Notes under the pieces: model-generated | What the model was told of the DNA's origin: nothing | Databases searched by the model: none | The model's input: the letters and a program-made list of their open reading frames with translations, nothing else | From: Eledone cirrhosa | Lineage: Eukaryota | Reading direction: 5' to 3' | NCBI GenBank assembly: GCA_964016885.1 | Contig: OZ024740.1 | Location: forward strand, 100,502,001-100,566,000 | Length of the DNA: 64,000 nucleotides | Shown here: piece by piece, positions 35,489 through 49,739 of the stretch | Position numbering within the stretch: the first letter of the stretch is position 1 | Layout: every line of letters begins with the position of its first letter | Position numbers and translations under genes: made by a program

Positions 35489-36161
35489 TGTAGTGACCTA
35501 CATTCCGTGGGCTCATATACATTCTCTGTGCATTATTTGACTCAGCCTAAGGCGGTGGATTGGCAGTATCGGTAGAGGGTCGGACGCCATGCTTTGCAGC
35601 ACAGTTACGTCCCATTACGGACTGAGTTCAAATCCCGCCGAGGTTAACTTTGCCTTTCATCCTTACGGGGTCGATAAAATAAAGTACCAGTAATACACTG
35701 GAGTAATTGCTGGCCTTGTGCCAAATGTAGAAACAATTATTTGACTCAGCCCAGCCAATAACCGCCAGCAAAGGAGAATGTATTTCTACGCGCCCTGCAG
35801 GAAAAATTCCTGCGTCGATTCGAGAAATCTCTCTCTTGTTGCTTGAACGCCGAAGGATGAACACAAACAATATGTGACGGTGAGATTTACACTTTGGCCT
35901 GTTGGCCTCCCTTGGGCCTGGCACAATGCCACATTCCTTTTGTAACCCTTTTATGTTTAACTTCAACCATACAATTTAACAAACATTACTTTGTTCAACA
36001 ACAAAATAAACATACATTTCATCTCTTATTTCTGCTGTTGACACTCGTGGCACTATTATTATTATATATATATATCACTGCTAAAAAGGGGGTCATTGGC
36101 TGGGCTGAGCCAAATAACGCACGGAGAATGTATATGGGCCCGCGGAATGTAGATCACTACA
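35489..36161 (+). mobile_element. Solo LTR related to the 61414/63379 LTRs, with SINE insertion and inverted copy of its first 66 bp
   Basis: Starts TGTAGTGACCTACATTCC; colinear with the reverse complement of 61414-61981 up to CTGCTAAAA (~36086); 36096-36161 is an inverted repeat of the start. Confidence 0.78.
35551..35741 (+). mobile_element. ATT-tailed SINE with 16-bp TSD
   Basis: ATTATTTGACTCAGCC at 35532-35547 and 35736-35751. Confidence 0.92.
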
Positions 36162-36914
36162 CTACTTATACAATTATAAATCTGAATAAAGATTGGTTTA
36201 ATAAGAATGCTTGCTTTCTTTTAATAAAGTATGTAAGCTATTGTTTTCTACCAAGCAAGTACAGCAGGAGTATAAGAATTGCCAAGTATATCATAAAATT
36301 AAACCTAAACATATTGTCTAAAATATACTTTTCTTAGCTTCCTGTCCATTTCAATGCTTGTCATTATACTTTAAAGGACCTTGTTGACGTTTTAATATTT
36401 CAAATGTATGTTCATTATTGAAAGTTCATCATTGGAATTTCTTTTGTTCCATTCACCTCTTCATGTCATGTCACAAATATGTCTACTGTTCAATAGTGTC
36501 TTAATTCAACTCTTTTATTTAGGAATAACATCATTTACTAATCCAGATAAGGGTCCACCTTTGTCTACTAAGCTGAAATAAATCTTAACTAGCCATGATA
36601 TTTCTACAGGCTGATAGGAAACTTGTAGTGTGAAAAGTATTATAAGATTGTCAGCAACCACATAAAGTTGACCTTTGAAAGTAAAAACCAAATCAAGTAT
36701 TTCTCAACAGGAGACCATGCTCTACATGCTATATAATCATTGCTATCCATCCAGCCATTCACCAGCCCTTAATTCATAATGGAGCTATATATTTACTAGC
36801 ATTTGGTGTGTCTGGGTATTTTATACCTAGTGTAGCCCATCCCACACCAGATTTGAACACAGTCAATTTCTTTCAGAAACAGAGTAAGTGAGAATAGAGA
36901 TAGATAAAGATTTG

Positions 36915-37062
36915 ACCCACGCTTCCTCAGCATTAGACTGGTACCTCAAGAAGATGAAAGATAACGTTGACCTTGGTGGGATTTGAACTCAGATTAGAGA
37001 GGCTGAATGAATATTGCTTTGTGTTTTGTCCAATGTTCTAATGAATCTGCCAAATTTCCTGT
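36915..37062 (-). mobile_element. Diverged SINE (related central domain)
   Basis: GATGAAAGATAACGTTGACCTTGGTGGGATTTGAACTCAG; similar diverged copies at ~37750-37890(+), ~41205-41340(-) and ~49960-50100(-). Confidence 0.6.
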
Positions 37063-40000
37063 CTCAATTATTGCCTTTTACAAGAAGAACATTCCAACTT
37101 AGTTTTCTGAAACTGGCATGGTTTAGTTATGTCATCATGTATGTCATTTAAAATCCAAATTGCTAGTAGAAGTAATAAAACTCCTAGAGGTTAATCCCAA
37201 TTAGGTTTGTAAATGGCAGGGAAGTCATGGTTTCTACTAGAGATCTAGATTCCTGCATATGTGATGAACATCAAACTAAGACAGTTACACACAACATCTG
37301 GTCAACCCAAAGTAAAGTGGCAAATAGGCCAGTTGTTGTTGGAAAAAGCCATGAAATAAATTGAATCCTATTTATTCCATTTGATACATCTTCACCTACA
37401 TCTGATATAACCCTAATACTACTCTGGAGAATCCCAAATAGGGACATCACTGTAGCTCAAAAGGAACTTGTGAACCATTGAGTGTCTATATTTGTAAATT
37501 CTACTTTTAATAAGTTGTAATTAAATTTTTTTAATTGCTTGCATATCACTTTTATAATTAATAACCAAAATTGAATGTTTAATATTGTAATTTGTTAAAG
37601 TAAAAACAATGAAATAGGTTTAATATTTTAAGGAAATCAATAATTGATGATAAAGGATGTATAGTGTATGTATTAATTAACAGACTTACATACAAAAGGT
37701 GGTGAAGTGGAAGAATTATAGTGTCAGATAAAATGCCATTGTAGTATTTATTCTGGCTCATTACAGTGTAAATTCAAATTCTACCCAGGCCATCTTTGTC
37801 TTTCATCTTTGTGGGTCGATAAAATAAGGTTCAAGTCAAGTACTGAGGTTGGTTTAATTAACTTTACTGAACTGGCACTTAAATTAGAAATCGTTTACTA
37901 AACATTCATGGCATAATTTATTAAATCAGGAGGAAATGAATGGCTTAGCTTTAAAACAGTTATGTCTCTTATAACATTTTCCAACCAAACTAAGGAAGCT
38001 GTCAATATATGTATTTTTTAATTTATTAGATAATAATATCTAGAACATTCTTATCACAATGCATTGTATTTGAATGCCCTACACTAGTTCTGACAAAATA
38101 TATTTGAAGACAGTATTGTGACTTGTGGAACTTCATTAATACAATGATGAAAAGATGATAGATACTTCTCATGGTAACCAACATTATCATAAATAATTTC
38201 CAGTATACCTAGGGAAGAGTACTTCAGATCTTCCTTTCATTCTATGCTTGTTACTTTTATGTTGGTTCATGAAAATAAAGATAATCTGATTTCCAGTGTT
38301 GCATAGAGAGAAGGTGATGAGGTTCATATCTCATTGCTTGTTTACAAATGACTTTGCCAGCTTTCAAGGTTAGCTGCAGGCGTTTGTTGACTATGACTAT
38401 ACAAAAGGTAGCAAATGAAATATTACCACAGAACAAAATTCCCATTATGTGCTGATGAGGTAGCTTTTACATTGTTTTTCAAACTGCATGAAATAGCAGC
38501 CAAATTTCCCTCATATCATACCATACTGTAAGAGAGTAGGATGATTGAGTGAAATTTGGCTGATATCAAGGTTTCAAAAGCATTTACATTTACATTACTA
38601 ATATGCTTTGGAAAAGCATGAATGCCACAACACTTCTATTTCTCTCTCGTTTGCTGTTCAGGAATTGTTATAAGTATTGTGTTGTGTTTCGTCCACCTCA
38701 TTGTATTGTATTTATAACTAAGTTTAGTCCACTTCACTCTTAATGGGTAGTATGGATAACTACTGTAAACAGCTGCAGAACTATAGTTTATTGGTTTGAA
38801 GAATTAAGTTCAAGGCTCAGTGAATACTTATTGTCCATAAAGGATTAGCTTAAAAACCTTATGCTTTATGGCTAATTATATAAAGTAATGAGGACTCTGT
38901 CTAATTCAATGACTGAAATGAGTAAGGTTGATTTAACTTGGCAAACTAAATCTCAAGAAATAGTGATGCATTTGTTTTTAATGTAAAAAGAAAAGAATGT
39001 GACAAAATTGAGGCTGCTTAGTATGGTTTAAACCAGTAACAATATAACCAATTCTCTGTTGATCCAAGTGCATTAAATGTTTATTTATTGAATTTTCTAA
39101 CGACTAATATCCAGCTAAATTAACTCCTATTGAAAATCTAATAAATTTCAGCAAATTTAATTGGTTTACTGAGAAATTTTCAAAAACATGTCTGTGCAAA
39201 ACCTGTTGGGTATTTATATCAGTAGCATAAATTTCCTGACGAAACTTTGGATGTTTCTTGACACCTACATATATCTGTATAACATAGCATGTAACCTGAA
39301 ATCACATGCAAAGGAAATGTAAACAAATCTAGTTGTTTTGCTAGTTTTTCCTCTGTTTTGTTTATATAATTTACATTTATATATTTTTACATGCCATCAT
39401 GTATATATGAACTTGCAAATTGAATATTTGCACAAATTGTTAGAATAATATTTTATGGTATAATTCTCTTCCTAAAATGACTCACTCATTCAACTATAAA
39501 ATGACAGTGGCAACCAGTTTTAGATAGGTCATCCAGGATAATAGAGTAAGCAGGGATCAGTATCAGCAGCAAGGTTAAAATGGTTCAACTTTCAATTAAT
39601 GGCCCAGAACATTCAACTGTCTACTTTTGAAAAATCGTTATTTATTTATTAAATATGCCTTGGCATATACATTTATTCAGTTCGAATTTGTGGAAGAAAA
39701 TAGCAATTCTAGTGTCATTCATAGGAACTGGAAGCACAAGACCAGTTTGTTATTTTTCATAAGAGTTTCCCAAAACTTGACAGAGGTTAATGACTTATTT
39801 AATAAATGAATCCTGCTAGCTAGAATGTTATGTTCTGTAACCCCCTCTTCGTCTTACTGTCAGGAAGTCAACTTACCTTTATTAACATTCAGCTGAACTC
39901 TAAATTAAACATTTCTCTCCACAAATTAAGCTTCTAACAAGACAAATGGTTTTCTTCCTCTTCTTTCACATTAAATATTCTACAACATAAGGAATTAAGC

Positions 40001-40187
40001 TGAACTTCCTAATCAATATCTTTGATAGCAGCAGAAACTAATTTATCAACTGATAAAGAACAGCATATTTACCATTTTCTCTTGAACTCAGTGTGACTCA
40101 ACAGTAAACTATAAACAGTTGAGCATTACATTTCTGTGTTCAAATCCAGTTAAATTCTAAGTAAAGCTTCTATTCCGAAATGATGTT

Positions 40188-40401
40188 TACAAGGGTTGGC
40201 TGAAACGTTGATAGGCTGAAAAGTTCATAGGCTGACCAAGATACTCTCATGGAATGACCAAATTAGATTTATTTTTGAACATAGTGCCTGGAAAGAAACA
40301 ATGCAGTTATTAATAAGAATAGTTGAAATTAATGCATGCAACATTTCACAGCATTAGTATCACTCCTTCATAGTTAGCATATGAACATTTCAGCCTAACC
40401 T
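40188..40401. mobile_element. Tc1/mariner-type MITE
   Basis: TACAAGGGTTGGCTGAAA...ATGAACATTTCAGCCTAACCT; homologous to 33986-34186. Confidence 0.72.
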
Positions 40402-41585
40402 AAAAAAAAAATCACTGATAATATGTAGAAAGAATGATAATAAGGCAATAAATCTATGTCTGAACGAAAATGAAATGATTAACAGATATCTAAAGATTGT
40501 GACCTATTCAATAAAAGAAATATACCATTTGTTCTTCAATTTCCATTTTCCTCTTTGTTGATGAAATAATTAGTTATGTTATCAAGTATAGTATCTGGAA
40601 AGAAATCTTTCTGTAGACTGTATTAAAATGTATTGCAATAACTGTTGTCTCCTGATAATGATGATCTATAATATTTTAAATAGTGTTCTCATCATTGAGA
40701 TGGTACATCTACACTTGCAAATATTGGTTAGGAAACATTTATTAGACACAACCTTCTATGAGTGAATGTAGGAATCTCTATATGATCATCCAATCTGTTA
40801 GAAATAGCAGCTAAATTCCATCAAATACTACCCTAATATATTAATAACAATGTGGTAACACATTGGACAGTGTAATCTTGGTTACTATTTATTTAAATTT
40901 GGTTCAAAATATGTTATTACAACTCAGAGAAGCAACTCATCCTGATTCAACTTTGAATAAATATCATACTACTTTACACTCAACAGAATACCCTTTGTAA
41001 TGTGGTTGTTATTAGGAAAAGCTTCTAACTGTAGACCTATTAACAGAGTAGACCTATTCAAAAGAGTCATGTTTCTTCGATCCATCTAGGAGAGCACTAA
41101 ATTGGATGTAAAGAATCAACCAGTCATGAGCAAACATGGACGTCCACTTGATTTAGAAGAACATGCAAGATGTGACTACAAGAAATAGAGATAGCTGCAC
41201 CAGCACTGAGCTGCTACATTTTTATTGACTCCAAAAGGATGAAAAGCAAAGTAAACCTAGACAAAAGGTGAATGCAGAACACAAAGAGCTGGGGAAAATA
41301 TCACAAAGCAATATATTTGACACCATAAACTGCCAAATTGCCCATATCAACAACTATACATATGACTTGAATTCTGTTTTCTCTAATTCAATATCTATTA
41401 ATGGTGATGAGTTCCTTGGTAAACACCATGGCTAACAGTCTCTCTAATCAATGCTGATGGCTGGAATGTCTTTGGTCATAAGTCTGTTTAACCAGAGCTA
41501 CCTTGGGGCTACATAAACAACAATAGCACCAATATGACTACTTCTAAAATTTTAATTATATACAATTTGCACCCACTATCTAAAA

Positions 41586-41914
41586 CAGGGGCATGCAACA
41601 AGTGGCTTGCGGGCCACAATCCGGCCCATCAGACTAGTCAGAGTGGCCCGCGATGACCGCTTTTAATTTTTACCTTGAAGGCTTATTTCAAATTTTTAAC
41701 CGTATTACAATTTTCTTTTATACAATTTTCTAAAGGGCTTCACTGATAGGGTTATGTGTGTTATCATTTCTCAGTTCCATGTCATGGAAAGAAGTTGTGT
41801 TGTATCTTTGGAATAGTGGTTTTCATTAGATTACATATTTTTGACAGTGACTGGCCCTAATAGTTGTTCTAATGTTCAAAAGTTGCCTGCCAATGGAATA
41901 TGTTGCACACCCTG
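41586..41914. mobile_element. hAT (Charlie-like) non-autonomous DNA transposon
   Basis: CAGGGGCATGCAACA...TGTTGCACACCCTG termini, perfect 8-bp TSD ATCTAAAA (41578-41585, 41915-41922), GCGGGCCACAATCCGGCCC subterminal motif. Confidence 0.88.
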
Positions 41915-43841
41915 ATCTAAAATAATCCACATTTGCCTATATGTAATGCATGGAATGTATCATTTAACAATTGCTACCTCTTTTATTAAAGCATGACTAA
42001 TTTTTTGTCATTTTGGGAGCCTCCTTTTATATAGACACTTGGACTGATAGATATAACTGCTAGATCTTTCTCAAATCACTATCTTAAAGCAGTAAGAACT
42101 CAATGGAAAATTTAGATTGGATATACAAAAATACTAGAATGCATTTTATCAGGTGTTTCCTCAATAAGGGCTGACCTGAGGCTAAACAACAATAATAATA
42201 TAATTTTGTGAATGAAGAAGAATGATCTCAACAATGAAGCATGTAACCAACTCTTCTGTGTTGAGTTTGAAAATTTAACTTCTGGTAGTTGATAAAAATC
42301 CTGATAATTAATTTGATGATCATATGTCATCATTAATTATAATTTCAATTCAAAGCAATCGATGTGGAATTTAAAAAAATATTTTTAGATATTTATAATA
42401 ATGGCCAAGATTCTTGGATGGATATTTATCTAATCTAAAAGGTGTAAAGAAACCCTTGAATTTCTAAATATATCTACCAAATTCCAACAAAATCGATGGA
42501 TAGAAACATTTTTTCCTACTAGAATGGAACACCTTATTTTGTTTCTTTGTCTTTGTGTTTTTGTTTTCTTCAAAGTACTAAAGAAAAAATAGAAAGAATA
42601 TCTAGTTAAATTCATGCTGTTTATATTGGTTTTGAAATTATGTCTCAGAACAGTCTTCGAAGTATGAAAATAGCTTGCAGGTTTATTTTACGATAAGGTA
42701 GTTAGTGCTAGAGAAGACATCAAACCGTAAAATATCTGTTCTAAGCATTCATGCAAATATCTTAATTTTCAAACCTGCTATATCCTGCCGTTGGGATATC
42801 AAAATGATACCAAAAGAGAAAGGAAAAAGTTTAGAAGACAAAGAAAACCTTAGAATTTGTTTACTTATTGTTTTTTACTTTTTTCTTTAAAAGATCCCAA
42901 CCAAATAGCTTCTATTCTTTTAACAAATATAATAATTGTGATAAAAATAAATTTTTAGTTGAATGCATTTAGCTATGAAACAAATTTGAGTTGTATTATC
43001 CTTCAAGATTCTCAATATCAAATGGTAATAGACTAGAAAAAGAATGCAGTGGAGTGAAATAGTGTATGGAATAATAGTATTAAAACAAAGCCTTTAATGG
43101 AATATACCATGAACATGTTATAGATTATAGAGGCTCTATATATAATATTATTTTTTCAGTAACAAGATTATCATAATTTGTTTTTTTGTTTTTATTTTTT
43201 AAATCAGTTTGACCATATTTTCCTCAGACATATTAGTGACTTTGCAGATTTCTCTTCTATAATATCATAAAAATCAAACCTCCATATATGAGTTTTCACT
43301 CTTTTACAGTTCATTTGGTGATTCAGCCATTTTGTAGACAGTTTTTTCACACCATTAATTCCCAAGCCTGGACATTTCTATCATCTTTCAAGCATCAAGA
43401 AAGATTAAAGCTACTTCCTTTAGTTTTGTTCTCAATAAGTAGCATTTTCTTTTAGTTTTATTTTGTTTTTCTTTACTTTCTATTTAATCTAGTAAGAAGT
43501 TTTCTATGAAGCTCTGCAAAATTTAATGATTAAGTTATGGTAATACCATTTCTTCAATAAGCACTGATACTATATTATTCCAATCAAGGTCTTTTAGTAA
43601 ATTCATTTAGATAACTGCTCATAAAGTAATGGCAATGGCAGCAAATATTTGGTTCAAAATAATTAGGAAACAGTAAATTTTGAGCTAAATAATTGGGAAA
43701 GTTTTCTCTTTCATTTCTACAGGCTTCATAAAGTGAGTACAAGTAATATATCTGGGTCTTTACAAACAACCCTGAAACTATCCAACAAATGATAGCTTTA
43801 TTTATGTATTTTATTTCATGAATAGATATATATTTAGTCAA

Positions 43842-44092
43842 GGTGGATGGCATTGGCCTCATGGTTGTAATATCATGAGTTCGATTTCTGAACCAAACAG
43901 CATATTGTGTTCTTGATCAAAACACTCCATCTTCTCATTACTCCAGTCAACTCAACGGAATATGAGTACCAACTGCAACTGGGTGTTAACTGTGTGACAG
44001 ACTGGTGTCTCACCACCAAAGGAAGGGTTTTACACTCACAATCACTCCAATGTAACTGAGATATGCTCTGGTCTGATGAGCTTATGGGCATT
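43842..44092 (+). mobile_element. Degenerate tRNA-type SINE (CORE/V-like body)
   Basis: B-box GAGTTCGATTTC, then TTGTGTTCTTGATCAAAACACT..CTCCAGTCAACTCA as in the 46766 SINE. Confidence 0.55.
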
Positions 44093-46765
44093 GGAAAAAT
44101 ATGTAAATATGTGCCTTTTTACACATTTCTCTGTGGTGCAAAACAGAATACTAACACAGTTTGTTGCTCCATGGAGAAATACATAAAAACGACATATATA
44201 CATATGTCAGTTCATTTATTTCCACATTTAATCTGAAAGAAATTGACTCAACTAAGACAAGCCATTCAACCCATGCCAGTAGTGGACAGAAAATAATGAT
44301 GAAGTTGATAATGGTGGTAGTGATGATATATATAAGGTGCCGTTGTGCCTTGTCAAATGAAAACGATTTAGAAATTGTTTTATTGAGAATATTTTTTAGA
44401 GTTTCTAAATCTCTAACAATTTTGATAAATGAATTATTATTATATTTCGCAAAAATGTTAATTGTTTGGAAAAGATTTGTGAGGAATTATTTATAGATCT
44501 ATGTCTATGTGATGTAACATCTTTCAACCTCTCAAATGATTATGTATTGTATGTTGGTTAACATGTTTATAGGAGTGTAGGAGGAGGATATTCTCCATGG
44601 GTTTAGAGGAACAGAGATCATATAACAAAGATGGTATTTTTTATAGAGAAATTTATTTGAAATACATTTGTAATATAATTACGAACACAAACAAAACACA
44701 AAACAAAGGAAGGAGAAATAAGAGGAGTAACGACTATACCTCTGGTTGGATGGTACATCTCAACACAGTTGAGGATGGTAAATGCATTGCAACAGAGTAC
44801 AGCCAACAATATTCACTGCATCAGTTAGTCTACCTCATGCGGCACCTTTCTCAAATGTGATGCCTTTGTCTTGATTTTCCAAAGGAAAATGGCAGTCTGA
44901 GAACAAAGGACACTGAATGCCTGATCATCTTCTGCTCCTCTGAGTTTATGGGTGAAGAAATTAAGTTGGCCCTGGAAAATGTTTCACATGTGGCAGGTTG
45001 GCAGCCCAAATAGGAAAGGAATTATCCTGTCTGAATGTTTACCATCACTATGATAAAAGCCGACAGCTTTCAGTTGTGAGGGGAAATTCAGTGTGTCAAG
45101 GTTCTTCTTAATTATGTCATTTAAAGTGGCATAGAACTAATACGGTTAGACTTAGGTACTGACGCTACAATTATATTAGTCAGGAAAGGGCAACAAAGAT
45201 CCTCGTTATTGCTCGCCTCACCTCTTCCTGTCAACTAATTAATGGAAACCAAATTAGAAAACCAGAGATATTAAGTCATTCAAAAACATTTCTAGATTTT
45301 CATTTCATTTACTTTTGATTTTAATTCTGAGGAATTTTACTGATGCCATTTCATAGTTCGTTGTTGGAACTGTGTTATCCATAAATCTCTCACTACTCTG
45401 TAACTTAACAATCAATTCCTGTTTATTTAAAGAATTGTATATATATATATATTTTTTTTTTTATGAATCAAATTCTTGACAGAGAAATGATTATTTTACA
45501 AGAAGAATCTTAATGTGTTCTGATCGTATTCCACAAATTATTTTTTCCAGTAATAAGAAGGGATATAAATATTTTTCCAAATCCAGAATCAATGAATGTT
45601 TTGTCCATACAAATTAATCAGGAGAGGAAAATCAATATTTCATTTATTTTACTTTTTTGTTTTTGTTGTTTTCTTTTCAATCAATAAAAATCTAACAAAT
45701 CTGACTGAATTCATGTGCACCTTTTGGCATTTCAGTAAAGATAATAAACAAAGTAACACAAATCAATAACAATAAAGATGCTTGTCTAAAGTTATTTTAT
45801 TCCCCCTGTCACTTGAACAGTTTTCAACAATTTTCTCAAGATGCAAATAGTAAAAAGCCAATGGGTAATTGACTAAAAATTGATATAGTTGAAATAGTGG
45901 AAGGAAAGTGAATTGAATAGATGGATTTTAATTGTTAGAGAAAGTAACTGTTGATAGCTTAAATTGTTGCTTAAATTGTTCTATACACAGAGCGAGGTTT
46001 CGAACTACACTTGAAGTATGGTGCTATGAGGCAGAAAACAGGAAGATGTTTTTCTTTGTAGATGGTTAAGAGAAATTAAAAGTAAATTGATTCTGAAGTG
46101 ATATTTATTGTATGAAACATTAACATTTAAAATTAAAACTATGGGGAAATATATAAAGAAAGAGAATACTTTAAAAAATAGTATTCATAATGTCTTAACA
46201 TTTAACCATAACTTCAAAACATAAAAGTGGTATTGTGGTTGTTAAGTTGGCTATTAAAATTTATATGGCTTATTCTGTGACTTACAGGTAACTAATAGTA
46301 ATCTGTACTGTCTATATTGTGTTCAGGCCAGCCTGAAAACATGTTACACACTCTTTCTTGTAGTATTTCACTGTGTTTTGTTATGTGTATTTTCTTCTTT
46401 ATCTGAGGTAACAGCAATATTTCTTGAATATCTCTTCATTTAATTTTCTTTTTTTTTTTAATCCTATCTGCATTATTGGATAAAAATAACATTGCAGTAT
46501 GAAATATCCTAAATTTCTGGCATGAATCTTGTCACATAAAAATGTTGCCAGAAGCAGTGCTGTGTTGTATTTGCTAATTTATAGTGTGCATGATTGTTGA
46601 TAGATATAATTTATTAACTGAATCTAACTTGTAGACTCATGCACCTGAGCGATATGTATGTATCTTTCTAACATGTGTGTGCGCCCATCAAATATATACA
46701 CATTGACGATTAGCCACAGGAAACTATTTTAAATGTTTTTAAATTTTACATGTATAACTGTAACT

Positions 46766-47106
46766 GGAGGCACATGGCTTAGTGGTTAGGGCATTGGCCT
46801 TGCAATCGAAAGGTTGTGAGTTCAATTCTCAGACCGGGTGATGTGTTGTTTCCTTGAGCAAGACACTTTATTTCACATTGCTCCAGTTTACTCAGCTGTA
46901 GAAATGAGATGATAGGGACTGGGATCCCTATCATTCCACTGCAAAGTGGTCGTGGAGGTGCCACGGCAAAAAAGCACCCAGCACTCACTGTAAATGAGGT
47001 TGGTGTTAAATGAGCTGTAGAAATCAAGCCAGAACCAGTTCCTGTCCCACCCTTGCAAGCAGGGAAAAGCGGACATAAAATGATGATGATGATGATGATG
47101 ATGATG
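46766..47106 (+). mobile_element. tRNA-headed SINE with RTE-derived 3' tail
   Basis: A box TGGCTTAGTGG, B box GAGTTCAATTC; 46937-47040 matches the RTE 3' UTR; (GAT)n tail; candidate TSD AACTGG. Confidence 0.8.
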
Positions 47107-48039
47107 AACTGGCAGTGGCTTTTGGGCTGGTGTTGGTGGTGGGTATAGTGGGGGGGCATGGTAATGATGTTAGTGGTGTTGGTAGTGATGGTGGTGGTTA
47201 TGGTGGTGGTGGGGATGGGGGGGTGATGTTGGTAGAGATGGTGGTGGTGATGTTAGTGGTGTTGGTGTTGGGTGGTAGAGATGTTAATAATTATAGTGTT
47301 GGTAATGGTTGCAGGGGTGGTGGTGCTGGATCCACTATCATTGGGGCTAATAAGATTATATATCTTTTCCTTCATTGGCTTAAGCAAACTGTCCTTCCAT
47401 CTTTTTTGTTGGTGCTCCTCCTTCATTATGTTAACTTAACACTGTTACTCCTCCATTATGTTAACTAAACAATGCTGCTCCTCCCTTATTAGGGTTAAGT
47501 AAACAATTGTTCATCCCCACATTAAGGTTAACTAAACTATGTCTCCTTTACTTGTTCATTAGACTACATCTTTCCTCCCGTGTTAAAGTTAACTAAATTA
47601 TTTCCTTCCTCCCACATTTGAGTTAACTAGAGTGCTAAACATATTTTCAATCAATTAAATAGATTGTCCCTTTTCTCTTTAAACAGCTAAACAGCTGTTT
47701 CTTCTTCTTTGTTAGCACTGGTTAAATAATGTCACTTCTCCTATTTAGGAGTTTAAAAAACAATGACATTTCTTCTTTATTAGCTAACTAGTCCCATCAT
47801 CTTTATTAAGGTAAATTAATCTATGTCCCATCCCTTCATATTAAGATTAACTGTATTATGACCTTTCTCACTTGTTGCCCTGTAGAAAAATAAAATTTCT
47901 TTTTTTATGTGACAATTATCAGTCAGGGTCTATATCTATGTCTTGCCATATGGAAGATACCAATGGAGTCTGTTCTTTATAAAAATATTTCATATATCAA
48001 TAAGTACATATGACACCTCAATCCTTTTGTTTCTAGAAA

Positions 48040-48660
48040 GAGTCAAATTACACGAGATGAAATTTGGTTATGAGAGCTAACAAAAGAATTTCTTAGAGTG
48101 CGTTTGACAAAGTACCATGATATGTCATGTGGTGATCCTCAAGGAAACTAGGTGTAGAAGAATGGCTTGTGAGATGTGAGCAATCCATGTATAGAGGAGC
48201 TGTCAGTAAAGTGAGAGTAGGTATACAGTTCAGTGAGAAATTCAATGTGCAAATAGGTGTTTCACAGGGCTCAATTCTCTGACAACTCCTGCTCATTATT
48301 GTTCTCCAGGCCATAAGTTTAAGACAGACTGTCCATAGGTAATTCTATATGCTGATGACATAGTTCTTATAGTTTTGGAAACACATTTTAGAATAAACTT
48401 GGAAAAAACTGAAGTTTTGGTAAACATGAAAGAAGACAAAATCCTGGTACCATCAATGAAATGGCCTTGTTTGATATATTGAAAAGGATAGAAACTCTAT
48501 GTACACAATGTAAATCTTAGGTACGCAAGAAGCATAGTGGGATAGCAAGCAGACTACCAGAAAAGTTAAACTTTGTATGTAGGTGTACAATGGAAGAGGA
48601 AGATCTAAGAAAACATGGGATGAAGTGGTAAAGGCAGTTCTCAAAATGTTGACCCACCCC
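48040..48660 (+). mobile_element. Decayed RTE RT fragment
   Basis: AFDKVP..MWW..RKLGVEEWLV, GVSQGS, LYADD recognisable at DNA level versus 30230-30520. Confidence 0.75.
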
Positions 48661-49636
48661 CCAGGGAAGATGACACATTGTCGAGTTGACAGGCAATATA
48701 CTATACTAGGGAAGACTCACATCTCTACACCTATTAGATGAGACAAGCATGGAGAGGGTGTCTGTAAAAGCATATCTAGGCTGCCCCTCCTCACTATTTG
48801 TTCCTCCACACCTCATCCTCCTATGTGGACACTTGAGCTCCTCCATTCCACCGTAGTCATTCCTCCACCCCTCTAGTCCGACCCTTTCCCCAGCCAAAAA
48901 CAGATGTACCATCACTGTACTCCCAGATGCTGCATTCTCACTCATTCTCTCTCTCTCAACATGACTCTCTCTGCAAGACCACCCTATGATCTGACACTTA
49001 ATCTCTCTTTCTCCTGTCTCCTATAACACATGCTGCCAAATTTATCCCTGAATTTCCCCTCCTTTTCTAACCATGCCACCATGGAAAGCCTAGTGCACCC
49101 CACAATATCAGCAGACATTACACAAGGGCAAGAAATAGGCAGCCTAAACCATGCTCTCATGCCACTTGCTCTCTATTACAGTCCTCCCAACATGGCCAAG
49201 GATACATGCACTCTAGTGTTGAAATGCGGTAATATTAGCTTCACAATAAAATGCAGTCAGCATTCAACCCACACTGTAAAGTGGAAGTGGAAGTGTTTGT
49301 GTTTTGATAAAATGCACCCAACCCATTCTGTAAATTAATTGCACTGGTACCTTGAGAAAATCAGCCATTATAACCTATCAAGTGGAAATTAGGGTACTGC
49401 AAAAAGCAAACCCGGTACATGCCATGAAGTATTTTATATTAGAATGTGTCTCAAACCATAGGAATCATGCTAAAATGGAACATTTGAGAACAACAGTCGT
49501 TTGACCTGCATGACTAGCCTCATACCTGTACAACACATGCAAGCACGGAAAATAGACATCAAACAATTATATATATATGTGTGTGTGTGGCTGCTGGCTG
49601 AGAGAAAGGAGTAGTTAATACTGAATTAGAGTTTTA

Positions 49637-49739
49637 ATATTCATTTATATTAAAGCTAAAAAGCAAGTCTTGTTACTCTGAAGTTTCACCCGTTTATCAG
49701 AGTAAGAAGACACATTTTAGCCTTAATATAAATGAATAT
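49637..49739. repeat. ~100-bp imperfect inverted repeat with hammerhead-like core on the minus strand
   Basis: ATATTCATTTATATTAA.GCTAAAA...GTCTT.TTACTCTGA / TCAGAGTAA.AAGAC...TTTTAGC.TTAATATAAATGAATAT. Confidence 0.8.
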
